DNA of 64,000 bases from positions 46,438,001 to 46,502,000 of the forward strand of contig OZ286471.1 in NCBI GenBank assembly GCA_965644265.1. The letters run 5' to 3'. This document shows positions 1-12,413 of the stretch, in pieces. A model generated the notes under the pieces. The model was not told the origin of the DNA. It saw only the letters and a list, made by a program, of their open reading frames with translations, and made no database searches. The position numbers and the translations under genes were made by a program. The stretch's first letter is position 1; the number at the start of each line of letters is the position of its first letter. The DNA comes from Glycera tridactyla (Eukaryota).

Positions 1-1793
1 TGCTTTGTTCGTCGATTGATTATTTGTTTGCTTCGATGGACTAGTAATGTTCATGAGCAGGCAGGGTAGAGTAGTCAACACATCTGTATCAGTAGTTGGG
101 TGGTTGATTGGTTATGAATGTCTACAGCCACATAAAACCTCGATAACCTTATCAATTACTAGCACCAAGACAAACACATGTCTAATTTTAGGGTGTCAGA
201 GAGAGATGCACCGTCGAGATCACCCTACTTCCTTCAGTCGAATCAATTCAGCACAAAAACACTCTGTATTGCGTGTTAGGTGGAATAATAATCCAGATTG
301 CCCCTCACCTTGCATAATTAATGAGAGGCCAGATGTCCGTGCATGACCTGAGATGCTTAGGATGCGACTCATCTTCAGATTACAACTTCCTCTTTGTAGG
401 CTTCTTCCTAGATTAGCATCTGACTCATGTTTAGTATTTGGCCATCACACAGAGATCTGAGTGCAGTTATATGGAACGCTGCAATTATCAGAATTGTCCA
501 TGAAGTACCAACGAATGTCGGCCTGGTAACATATTATTTTGTTATTTTTCCAAGATTTCTGACTTACACTCATATCCCACTCTTTCAATCATTTTCTCTC
601 TCTCATTCAACAGACACTCCTAAATATTATACGAATCTTTGAAAAACATTACTTCAAAAAGTAGGTTTTCATCTTGTTTCTTAGCGGATATCTATCATAT
701 CATATCTTTGAGTTAAGCTAAGCCCCACTAATTATGGTTGAAATATATCAATTGTGTCCGATATGTTCAAAACTCTAGTGCTGACATACCCACCAAGTTC
801 CAAGATTGCTACTCTCTTTACAATCCTCTCTGGAAATTGAATGAGGTTGGAGTAGCTGATCGCTAACAGTTGTTAGCATTAGTGGGATATAAGTCAAACA
901 ACAGTCGGGCGAGGGGGTTGAATTAGCACCAGTGATTTCCTAGTGACTTTCCTAATGATAATGATTTCCCTGTCAATCAGATGAGTAAATGACTGATTCT
1001 GCACTGACTGTCGTTCAAGCATATGAGGTGTACAATAGCTGATTTGTGTACTTCATTAGACAAATGAGCAGAAAGGCTTGTCAAGTTGGAGATATCGTAT
1101 AGGTTGCAGACGATCACATTTGCACGTATTTCTATGCTTGTGCTGGAAACCGGAAGTGGAAGTCTGATCTCCGCAAGCGCCATCTTGTGTCAATACAATG
1201 ATATCCACTGATAAGAATTATTGAAACTAAATTATGTTTTCCTATATATTGGAGCAAATAAACTCTACATTTAGTCCGACAGTCTGGGTGGGAAGAAAAC
1301 GGGTCAGCCTTCCATCCAGACATGACTTTGATGCGGAGAGAGTTCACATCCAATTATCCAGGATATGTTTTTCTAGCTCAAACTCAAAAAGAATCTCGAT
1401 ATTGAGAATTCGACTGTGTCTGACCATGATAGAAAAAGTGGGGTTGTCAAAAGAAGAGATGAGTGGACCATGATATGTATTGGGGTTCGCATAAAAACGT
1501 GATAGCATCCTTCTAGTTCAATAGGTAGCAGGTATCTAAGCATACAAAACGCATAAAACATGACTTGAAACTAACTCCAGAGTAGTCCCAATATACTGCA
1601 TTGGTCTAGGTGATGGTGGTTGTGGTGGGGTTTGTTTTGTAGGTGGTGGTACTATTGGTGTTGGTGCTGATGTGATATTGTGGTGTTTCTAATAATTCGG
1701 ACGGTGGTTGTCGAGGTGGTGTTGATGGCACTATCAAAGGTTGTTGATTTCTGGTGCCATCAATGGTTTGCAGATTTTGTCGTTGTTTGGTGA

Positions 1794-1827
<34 letters not shown>

Positions 1828-2005
1828 CGTCGTCGTCGAGGTGATGGTGATGGATTTGGACACTTCGGCAACCGTGTTACCTTGTTCGTCAGAGGTCATG
1901 ATTGATTGATTGGTCAATGTTTACCGGAATGAATCAACCCGAAGGATCATGTATGCTGTGTGTTGCTGGTCAATAAAAGCTAGATATGCTGCATGTTCCC
2001 TGCCG

Positions 2006-2622
2006 ACATCACTAACCAGAACACTGACCACAAGATGATGGGGAACATGGAAGCATGTCAAGTGGAAGTGGCTGACACTTCAGAAACGCCTCTTCCTATT
2101 CAGCATGCACACTGGATCTAATGATGACATATCTAACTATGTAGCTGGCTGAAAGCTGACACTCAAGCCTGATAGCAATGCTATTTTTTCCAGCAAAGCA
2201 CAACACTTTGAACAATAGAACACACTAGATTCTAGAAATACTTGAACAATTTGTTTAATTATGGACTGTCAATTCCAAATCAGCTTTACAATGATTGGTG
2301 CCCCATAGACGCATTACTATGCCATCACACAACCTAGTAAACCTAATCGAAGTCCTAGTAATCCAGAATTGATGTGCCTGATACTCGCATCGCATAGTGA
2401 CGATATCTGCTACAGGCAAACCGGCAGTCATCTAAACCTGAGACCAAACCGGCAGTCATTTAAACCTGAGACCAAACCGGCAGTCATTTAAACCTGAGAC
2501 CATCTCGCTGAAGGCATAAGAAAGAGCTTTGAGGGATAGAGAAGAAGTGAAGGATGAGAAACCTGGTAATAGTATAATTTTGGTGGAAAATGCCAAAAGA
2601 CGGATGACCGAAGAATTTGAAG
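2006..2622 (+). pseudogene. Decayed exon, module copy A
   Basis: Starts DITNQNTDHKMMGNMEACQVEVADTSETPLPIQHAHWI*, with the acceptor position reading ccg instead of cag. Ends TISLKA*ERALRDREEVKDEKPGNSIILVENAKRRMTEEFE-G|gtatgt (donor at 2623). Confidence 0.5.
2417..2500. repeat. 3 x 28-bp tandem repeat
   Basis: caaaccggcagtcat(c/t)taaacctgagac starts at 2417, 2445 and 2473. Confidence 0.95.
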
Positions 2623-3859
2623 GTATGTTTTCATTCAATCCCCCACAACAAAAGCTATGGAGAAACCAGACAGGATGATGCTACACCTAGGCCACATCAT
2701 CCCTGATGTCAACACTTCTGAGTAAATGTTCTGCACCCATTGGTTGCTGCCATCTATAGAGACTCTGACCTCCCACCCTACCCACTTATCAGAGGTCAGT
2801 TCGCATCGTTACTGATTAAAGTTACAGAGAACGGTTGGATTGTTGAGTGTTTATTCGCTCCCTTTGTTGGTTTGTTGCCTGGCTAGTTCGCTGTCCGGTT
2901 GTTCGCTTGGGGTATGTATGTGTATGTCATGTGTGATGACGATTGGATGCATTGTGCAGTGAAGGCATCACTATCACTGACCCTCAACACAAAATGATGA
3001 TAAGCCATGAATATTGTCAAATATCCGAAGCTGTCTTATACACACTCACATACACACACATATACTTTCATACACACATCGATCTACATATCTACCTCAG
3101 ATTAGGCTAAATGTAAGGTGTGAATGGATACAAGCTAACAGCAAGCCCTGAATACAGTGCCTTATAGCAGACCACATATCCTGAAACAAGGATGTCATTT
3201 GAAACAGATGAGCACTTAAGCATTGTATTGACTATGAATTGTGACTGTCAAGCCAGCTTCACAATTATGGCTGTCCATTAGGTCGCGATACAATGCCATA
3301 CTCGTCCTCGGGAGGTCATTGCTGTTACCATTCTGCTGATGATGGAGGGTAGAATCCATGAGAATTCGTAGAATGTGTTGTGGAAAAAAAGTCTAACGAC
3401 AGTGATTTTGGTGGATTCTGCCTGACGAAATGATGGATCCTCAGATTGAGATGCTATCCCACGGGAGCTGGATGTCAAGGATGTCAAATTTTCTTATGAA
3501 TGTCGAATGCGCTATTTATAAGCGATAAACATGACCTACTTCGTGCCCATTTTACCCGGCACATCCTTCTGTCAACATGCTAGACACGCCTGATTGAGTT
3601 TACGCCCGTTACAACCTCCGTCCCTCACACGCATAGCGTGCAGGTCCAACTTTCATGCAACGGCCATGCAAAGGGGAACCCTCACCCCGAATGGGGTCAC
3701 CTGTCTGCCGAAACAGCTCTTTCGACCTAGCAACCTGTGTAATTGCTCGTCCGATTTCATGAGGCGTAGCCTCTTGATGATTCTAACAGGTAATTAGTTG
3801 TAACTCAGTAAATCCCAATTTGGTTCATGACACCAATGTTGGCCCGTGTTATGGGGGGG

Positions 3860-4110
3860 GGGGTACTGCAATACTGCGAATAGGTCCATCAATGATACCG
3901 GTGAATTAGGTGTGAGGAGGTTCTTCAGGGGACCTGACTTTCTGTCAGAGGATGCTCAACACAAGGTGAATTTTGATTAATTTTGATAAGAAATACATGT
4001 TTGGGGTTCGTGTGTTCTATCCTCAAACGGGACAGGAAAATCAGTTCATGTCTGTTCAGATTGTTCATCAATGCAAACTAATCTCTTGGTCAGATTTGTT
4101 CAGAGGGAAG
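3860..4110 (-). mobile_element. Degenerate I-clade (Nimb/I-like) LINE ORF2 C-terminal remnant
   Basis: Reads NRHELIFLSRLRIEHTNPKHVFLIKINQNSPCVEHPLT, followed by SLMDLF in another frame. Resembles the I-clade consensus RREEVVLxRLRIGHTxLTHxYLL...PxC..C..PLT...SLxDLF. Confidence 0.55.
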
Positions 4111-4699
4111 ATGAGCTTGTCTAACCAGAATTGCTCACAGTAAATTTGTGTCAGCCATTGCTACGGTGTCCATGGAAATGGAAGCTAGTGAAAATTAAAG
4201 TGTAATCAATGGTATCCAGGTTATCTGTAAGTTAGTGAAGATAGCCCGCAGGATGTGTATGTCCATAGGCGGACGCCGCCCTGCAGGTTTTATATTTGGA
4301 CAGGGCGTCAGGTGAATCAACATTTCATAAATCATAAAGAGAGTACATGTACCTGTTAAGAATGATGTTTTCACATTCATCCTGCCCTTTACCCGAAACT
4401 TTTGAAATATTTCCCATGAAATGCATCACCTGTCCGATGATGATGATGAGTTTCGAATTCATGGATCCTCCGGGATCGATTATTTACTACTTCACATGCG
4501 GTTCTCATTCTCGAAGATACTACCTATATCTTCACCCACTCATAAGTACCTCCTGTGCTTGGCCTTCATTCATATCCAACTCAACCGTGTTGACAGTTTC
4601 CTACTACCCACCGTACATCAGCTTGACCGATACATCATATCCAGATCATCGCCGAAAATCTTTGCTGAATAATTGCTCCCGTTACAACAATATATATAT

Positions 4700-5500
4700 C
4701 GTGACCTTATAATGGACAATTCTACAAATATCTCATGGAAATAAATTGGCTTTGTCGGATAATCGGGAGGGGTTGGTTCACCTTGTAGCAAATGGATATC
4801 CTAATGTTCCATGAGTATGGAATGGCTTGTCAAGGGTGGGGGACTGTGGCTAGAACTTACTGACACAAATGTTCCATGGGAATAGGGTTGGTGTATCATA
4901 TGGTGGTGTTGGGGTGGGGTGAGGTGGGGTTGAATCACCGAAGACATCTTGTAATAGATACTCTTACAAGTGACTCGTGATTGAATGATTTGGTGTATTT
5001 AATAGTGAGTATGGAGAATTATGGAAATGTTCCATGATAATAGGGTAGGTGTGTCGAATAGTGCGTGTGTGTGTGGGGGGGGGGGGGTCATCGAATTTAT
5101 CTTGTAATAGACACTCATACAGATATTCTACAAGGATATGGTGGGTTTGTCTAATAATGTGGGTGGCTCACTGAAGACACCTTGTAATGGACAATTATGC
5201 TTATGTTGCATGATAATAAGGTAGATGTGCCAGATAGTACGGTGGTGCACTGAAGACACCTTGTTATATACGATTATACCTATGTTGCATGATGATATGC
5301 TGGGTGGGTCGAATAGAGATGACGATGGCTCAATGGAAACACATAGACGTATACAAATATGCAAATGATAATAGGGTAGGTGTAGTTGAATAGTGGGGCT
5401 GACCTACTGAAGACATTTATGCAATTGCTTCATGGGAACAGAGTAAATATGTCTCACAATGGCGATGGCTCATTGAAGACGCCATGTGATTGGTACTTAG
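4700..5500. repeat. Old degenerate tandem repeat
   Basis: Recurring motifs tgtt(c/g)catga/taatagggtaggtgt and cactgaagacaccttgtaat at irregular spacing of about 75-160 bp. Confidence 0.6.
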
Positions 5501-7949
5501 AGATATAGTCCTTGAGAATCTTGCCTACAAGGACAACGCTCAATTGCATAGGAAGGTCTTTCTATAGACGTGGTCTTCGTAGAGAGGCTTTTCACTCTAG
5601 AAATTACTTTCACTGTCACCACTCAAGGTAGATTTTGTATTGAGGTGGCTTGTTGTTTGGCTGTGGTCCAACTCACAGCGCTGACGTGAGTGTTATATTG
5701 AGGCACCCATGCAATGGGCATGGGAGGTCTTACCGGGCGAAATATGACTGTATGCATCTTATTCAGCTACGTCATACAAGGGTAAAAATACGCTGACGTC
5801 TCGTGGCGATCACGGAAAAACAATGGATATCTTTTTCTTTCTAAAGTGGGTCTAGTCTTATTTATTGCTGTGGACTTGAAAACGTGCCATGAATGAGCTC
5901 GTGTGTGAAATTACTCCGTTATGAATTCTGTGTCTCGTTTGATATTGCGTGCCTGGGGGTTCTTTCATATTCGCAAAATAAACATGGATGCACGTGTGTG
6001 CCAGCTCGTACATTGAAAGGTGAAAAGACATTACATTATTACAATCATGTATAATCAGCGTATGCAGAGCAAATCTCGAGATGAACGTGTGTAGAGCAAT
6101 GCAAACAATGACCCTTTCAACTGTATACCAATTGTGTTCAAAATTGAGGTATCTAACTGTTTGTCTGAGTGGTGATTAATAATCAGAATCAGTGTGTGAA
6201 ATGTGCATCTGGGCATTCCCTGGATGAGCTCCAGTGTATACCTCCTGTTTCAGTTCCAATAAATGTCTTTTGGTCATGAGTACCCATCATATGTTCGTTT
6301 CATGTTGTTTATCCTCTGGGGTAGATTCTCATGCATGTATTACAGGCTTCATCAATTATCAAATCAATTTATCCATTAATTCATCCATTGATTCGTTCAT
6401 CAATTCATCCATTAATTCATTGGTTGACTCATTCATTCAGTCATTCAGTGATTCATTCACACATCTTCCCATTCACACAAACACCCATTCATTCATTCGG
6501 TCGGTCAGTCAGTCATTACATAAAACAATCTCTCGATTAGATAACGAATTCATTCATCACCTATTTTTTCGTGCATTCATTGTCAAATACCGCAGCTCAA
6601 TATGGTCTATTCAGGACATTCACGAAGTGAGAACACGTACAGTCATGTACAATAGGTCATTCTCAACCACGAACTTGGCTTCACGAAGTTTGGTATAAAT
6701 TTCAGTCTCAAAAATGTTGGTTGAATTTCGATTGTATATACATGAAATGTACGAGTGTTGACTTGGTTGGTCGGGTTTTGAATGTAGATATTTTTTGCGC
6801 ACATGTAGCATGTAGTGACCGACTTAGAGGGTGGCCATTGATGGTGGACGTATTGAGATTACCGGCATACAGCTGTTTGTAGAGTTTCAACGTCAACCAA
6901 CACTTTCTTCAATACTGTGTATCAATGGCCCTCTTCACCAACTACTTGAGCAATTCCGCATCTAGTGGAGACGTAGCAATTTGGAACACCTCTGGTGATG
7001 AGATATAACCTATAAGTATATGAAAGGGGCCAAGTTGCTGGGTTTTATGAGCAAGAAGATGTTTGTGAGTCAGCGAGGTGTGGCGTAGGGCATGTACCGA
7101 GAACTGACCGCGAGAGGGAGGGTCAAACGAATGGTGCAGTCTCTCAACCTGTAGCCTTCATCATCAGCAGCAGCAACAGCAGCAGGAACAATATATTTCG
7201 ACAGATGGTGGATGATTCTTCCTGCCCATCTGGCACCCTTAGGATAGCTGCTGATTTATCAGTCATCTCGTTTTCATTCGCAATATTTCGTGTAGAGATT
7301 TCTTGACTGATCTGATATTATTTCGACTTCGATGTGCTGTTGTTTCAACATTTTTCGGAGCCATTGGCATTACCAGGAATAGTCGTTTCCCAGCGTACCA
7401 ACAGGTGAGTTGACCTAAGATAGCAACATCAACAATATTTCCATGATTTCATTTTTGTTTGATGCGCAATGGTATCGCCGCCACACCCACAGTTGTATCT
7501 ATATTTCTATCAACAGCATTATGACCAGCACTTCTACTACGACCATCACCAATATCGATACCCAATACAAACACTGGCAGCAACATCGCCACCAGGACCA
7601 ATCCACGTCAACACCATCATCACCGGCCGACAATGGCAGCAACACCATTACCACTGCCACCACCACCGCCACCACCACCACCTACACCGCCGCTTTTACC
7701 GCCGTCATCACCAAGGGTCATTTACCAGTGGAATCATCAGAATGATCGAGATTATAACCATCGCCATAATTGAAGACCAGTGTTATCAAGGGGGCGCGCC
7801 CTTACCACTGTCTATAACGACAACACCACCACTGCCTCAACGATTGAATTGATCACCACCTTCATTCCCACCGCCATCACCAACACGGCCACCACCACCA
7901 TCAGAATCGTCCATGAACATACCTAGTGGCTGCATCCCTGTGCCTCATA

Positions 7950-8290
7950 TGAGCCCAGCCCACGGGTACGGATTATTGTGGACTTGAATATAGGATAGTG
8001 ATGTGAAGCTTAAACTGCATCAACCCACTGGCATGAATGTCCTCCTGGGTCAGCAAGGCTGATATATCACCATCGGGTGATGGCGTCAATCTGTTATCCC
8101 GGCGCACTTCTACCTCTGTCCATCTTGGTTATACACCATATGCTACTGAATGTATCATCACTACCATGTTCACATAACATAACGGTAGTCCCAGCATAGC
8201 GCAGCTGATGAAGGTCAACCCTTCCTTCGTAGGTTAAACCTAGATGTATCAACCATTCAGCCATCTTGGTCTTAGCGTATGTTACTATTT
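7950..8290 (-). pseudogene. Possible ankyrin-like remnant
   Basis: KTKMAEWLIHLGLTYEGRVDLHQLRYAGTTVMLCEHGSDDTFSSIW loosely fits xxWLLxxGxxxD...GxTxLMxAxxxG. Confidence 0.25.
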
Positions 8291-8750
8291 GACTTGGCAG
8301 GTGAGATTTACAGATCTCTCCAGAAGTGAGATGTTTTATTTGGCAAGGAATATAGATGGGAACTTACAGTGTTAATGCGCTACTTCGTTCCACCAAAATG
8401 TGCTAAAATATTGGGGGAAATTGGGCATTTCAATTGGTTTGGTTGATTTAGTGCCCAATTCTTATCAAGAGTTGATAAAAGTGATAGAGATTGGGTCCGG
8501 TTGCTCGGAGTAGCACTGGTTATGAATTCGCCGAGGCGAATTCCAGGCCGAGCAGGAGATATGCGTGCATGTAGGTGGTCACCCCCCCCCCCCCCACGCA
8601 ATCGGGGCATTAGAGCGCTTCATCTTTTGTGAGTGGTCGTAAAAGAACTAGATATTAGATTGTTGCTTCTCACACAATTATCTATATAAGTACAGGAAGT
8701 ATATGCAAAGGGTGGGGGTCCTCCCTTCACCAGCGATATTCTGTGCTAGC

Positions 8751-8824
8751 GATGACGACGACGACGACGACGACGACGGTAAGGGTCAGGATCAGGATCT
8801 GGACCAGAGTCAGAGTCAGGATGT

Positions 8825-8882
<58 letters not shown>
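8751..8882. repeat. (GAC)n and (GAT)19 microsatellites
   Basis: Direct reading; (GAT)19 at 8826-8882. Confidence 0.97.
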
Positions 8883-8883
<1 letters not shown>

Positions 8884-9472
8884 TCATATATGTTATGCAA
8901 GTGCAATCATCAAGTTAACCTCATCTATTAGATCCAATGGCATCCTTTGGCTAGGTTGTGAAAAATCAAGCCTTTCTCATCTTCCTCGGCAGGACACAAC
9001 CTCATTCATGAAGGTGACCGCATGGCCTGAGCACTCTACAATCAGCATCGCTGTCTATTACCATACATCGTTCACACCTGCGTGAAGTGGGATGGTGAAG
9101 TCTCGATTTCCTTTCACTTACCTCCACACACAGATGCTGAGATTGTCAAAAGCTAGGATCATCAAGATGTTTGCAACGATCCCGAATTGGGTGATCCTCT
9201 ATGTCTAGATCGGTCAGGCATTTATGCAGGAAACCCTTTTCCCAAATGCCTCACAATGCTGTCTTTTTGATGACATATTGACTGCAACTAAACTGCCTCA
9301 CAATGTGAGTGACTCCATCCACAAATACTTCCTTTTTCTCGGCCAGGTATTGTACTACCCGGTAAGGAATGCTTTAGTTTGACGAGGAATTCATGCCGTC
9401 ATTTGCATTCACGGGTCAGGTGCAATACACCCGCGTGAGCTACCCGAAAAAAAAGACGGTGAGAAGCGTGGA

Positions 9473-9620
9473 CTGGGGAGCCTAGGAGATTGTCAAGTAG
9501 TAGGAACAGGCAGTTCAGACACACCTCTGCCTTATCAACATGAACATAAGGATGGTAGCTGACACTTGAAGCCTAAACGCGATGCCTTCTATTCAAGCAA
9601 AGCGCAAAACTTGAAACAAA
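9473..9620 (+). pseudogene. Module copy B (partial)
   Basis: LGSLGDCQVVGTGSSDTPLPYQHEH, then agctgacac...aagcct...agcaaagc shared with copy A. A further sub-repeat, LVEVTDRSDTLL, lies at 10131-10166. Confidence 0.45.
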
Positions 9621-11007
9621 ATAAAGCATTGCGAAGTACAGAGATGGCCACGATAGCATTTGACTCGATGTGAAAACAAGAGGATGAAGATTGTTGAGCG
9701 ACCTCGTTTCAACAATAGAAATCAATATAGTTGCTATCCGCGTGTAGTCCGCCTGTTTTTATCAGTAGAGTTTTGTTTGGACCTGTTATTGAATTCATAT
9801 GATGTCTAAACTCTGTCAAATCAAAACCTGGTGGTATGTTTCACACACCTAATTTGCCATTTCTAGCCTGATAATTGTTTCAATGGCACGTATTGATTGT
9901 AGCATCTGTCCATATGGACAACGTTGATTTCCATGTCGATTTCGCGCTGTGTTCATGAGGGTAAAACCTGTAGTAGAGGGAACCTGTTGCCTGCATAGAC
10001 GATTAACACGTAACAGACATACTCATTTTGATTGGTACCTGCTGTTTGTATTCAATCAATCAACCAATCAAGCAAGCAAGTAAGTAACAAGCAATCAGTC
10101 ACATGCTGGCACCACTCTCAAAAACGTTATCTGGTGGAGGTAACCGACAGATCAGATACACTTCTGAACATCTAACATAAAACTAATGACATCAATGATT
10201 AGTAACAATTATATAACTCGTTGGAAGCTGATGGTATCGCTTTCCTTCTCAGTGGATGCTCAGTACATGAACCAAGGGGATGCGACAGGATTGTGTGGTT
10301 AGTGAACTACCAGAGCAGCTCCATGTCATGTGCTACGCTCTTGGTGTTCTGACAGCCGCAATATCAACTATTTTTATGCGTTCTATCATCACCATGACGG
10401 CGGCTGTGATTTACACGGGAGATTTGTCTTCTAGACATCGTCACCAGATTTGCAACTGATCCACTGTGGTTTAGTCGTACTTATCACTAAGCCAGCAGGA
10501 GAGAAAACATAGGGTGAACTGAGATGATTATAGTGGAGTGTGTCTCTAGAAAAAAGGAATATTTTTGTCTTTCGTGTATGACCTAGTCCCGCACTGTCCC
10601 CCATCCTCAACCAATCACACAATACTAGATATTCCCTGTTTGACTCCTGACTTGCGAGAGTATTTGATTGATTGATCAGTTAGAGTTTTAATAGCATGTA
10701 TCGATCAAAAAGCATTTATATATCAAGTGTTTTGATAGGAATGCTGGGTACTATATCCCCTGCAGCCATCACTCTCATAACTCCTGAACACAAAAAATGG
10801 GGGACCTGATAGGCTGTCAATCGGAAGTTCCTCACAGTTCAGACACATCTCTATGAGCTCCACCTGAACCTGATGAACATATGAGTGATAATTTCTAATA
10901 TCTAGCATTGGTAGTGTTTGTGGTTGCGGAGTTAATCGCGGCGATGACAACTTTGGAGGTGGTTGTGTTTGTGATGGTGATGTTAACGATGGCTTTTAAT
11001 TCTGAGC

Positions 11008-11490
11008 AATAATAATAATGTGCATTTATATAGCGCCTTTTCCTCATAGAGCTCAAGGGCGCTTCACATGGGTATGTACCTGGAAGAAAAGACATAAGAC
11101 ATAAGTGAACATGTGAAGGGACCCCAGATCATATGGTCATGTCGGGAACGCGAGGGTGAACAAGTGGGTCTTGAGTCTTGACTTGAAGGTGCGGAAAGAA
11201 GGTGCAAGTTTGATTTCGAGAGGGAGAGAGTTGTATAGGGTTGGAGCAGCATATGCGAAAGTGCGCTTTCCCAGTCTCTGATAGTGAGTTTTTGGAACTG
11301 TGAGGAGGTGATGTGAGGAGGTGTTGTGATGAGGAGCGGAGAGAGCGGGAAAGGGTGTAATGGTGGAGGAGTTGTGTCAGGTAGCAAGGGGCTAGGCCAT
11401 GGAGGGCTTTGTAGGTGAGGGATAGGATTTTAAATGTTATTCGGTGCTCAACAGGGAGCCAGTGAAGTTTTTTTCAGGATAGGGCTGATG
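11008..11490 (-). mobile_element. 5'-truncated L2-clade LINE 3' end
   Basis: Minus strand reads ISPILKK/LHWLPVEHRITFKILSLTYKALHGLAPCYLTQLL... then, after a frameshift, VPKTHYQRLGKRTFAYAAPTLYNSLPLEIKLAPSFRTFKSRLKTHLFTLAFPT* (stop 11137-11139). This is the typical L2 ORF2 C-terminus. The 3'UTR ends in gcgctatataaatgcac plus an (ATT)n tail. Confidence 0.9.
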
Positions 11491-12342
11491 CCATTTAGTG
11501 GTGTTAAAAGCGCCCAGAAGAATGTTGATCAACTATGGTCTCCATCTACACAATTTTCACAGCAGCATCACCACCACTGGCTATCTCACCCCATCACCAC
11601 ACAAGCCACCATACAACGACGCTGCTAACAATGCTATTTGCAACTAAACCAATAACAACAACGTTAATAGCAACAAGATCTGGTAACACGTCGATAACAG
11701 TATCAGCAGCCATATTTTAGAAAGTACGAATACTGGCACTTAAAGACGATGTATTCAATGCTTAGTCGCTATAACCCCCTCCCCTTTGACCTGTCAACTT
11801 CGTCACCGGAAGTGGAGACATTTCAAATGGCTACACTCGTCACGTGTGAATTCAGCGCGAGATCCGATCGAGAGTAACACACGCGTTTTTCCTGCCTTGA
11901 CAGAAGACTCTTCACTAATCCTCTGTTGTTAAGCGGTGCTCACAAGGAGGCACTGCGAAAACAACCCGACCGACCTAGAAACTGCTTCTTTACACTGTGA
12001 GCAAGACGGAAAAACTCAACAATGCCGTCGTATGTGAACTGGTGCGTGACGCTAGTTTTTCATGCTGTCTTTCTGGCGCCAGAATTATTGGATCCATGCG
12101 TTGGCCGGTACAGTGTCGCACACAGCAGGATTTTTTTATGTCCATTCTATCTATTTCCGTGCGAAAATGCAGAATGCGGGCAGATAATTCAACGCTCACC
12201 CTAATTTGCAGGAGTTTTGCTATCATTCGTTTCCCAAATATCGGCATTTTGCCCCCGTTCCCAATCAGGACATCTAGTTAAGTAGCTGTATTGGTGAGAC
12301 GGGGTATTGGAACAACCTGATCTTAAAGACACACAGGCAAAT

Positions 12343-12343
<1 letters not shown>

Positions 12344-12407
<64 letters not shown>
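12344..12407. repeat. (CA)32 microsatellite
   Basis: Direct reading. Confidence 0.97.

Positions 12408-12413
<6 letters not shown>

Noticed and set aside
1150-1186. ETS (CCGGAAGTG) plus YY1-like (AAGATGGCG) motifs overlapping the ATG of ORF 977-1183; similar ETS/E-box cluster at 11806-11846
   Set aside because: Short motifs with no donor site, downstream exon or TSS evidence, so a promoter cannot be supported.
8524-8543. Small palindrome gaattcgcc-ga-ggcgaattc; also 10-bp inverted repeats at 35077-35172 and 9-bp ones at ~40074/40473
   Set aside because: Too short to distinguish from chance or to define an element without copy-number data.
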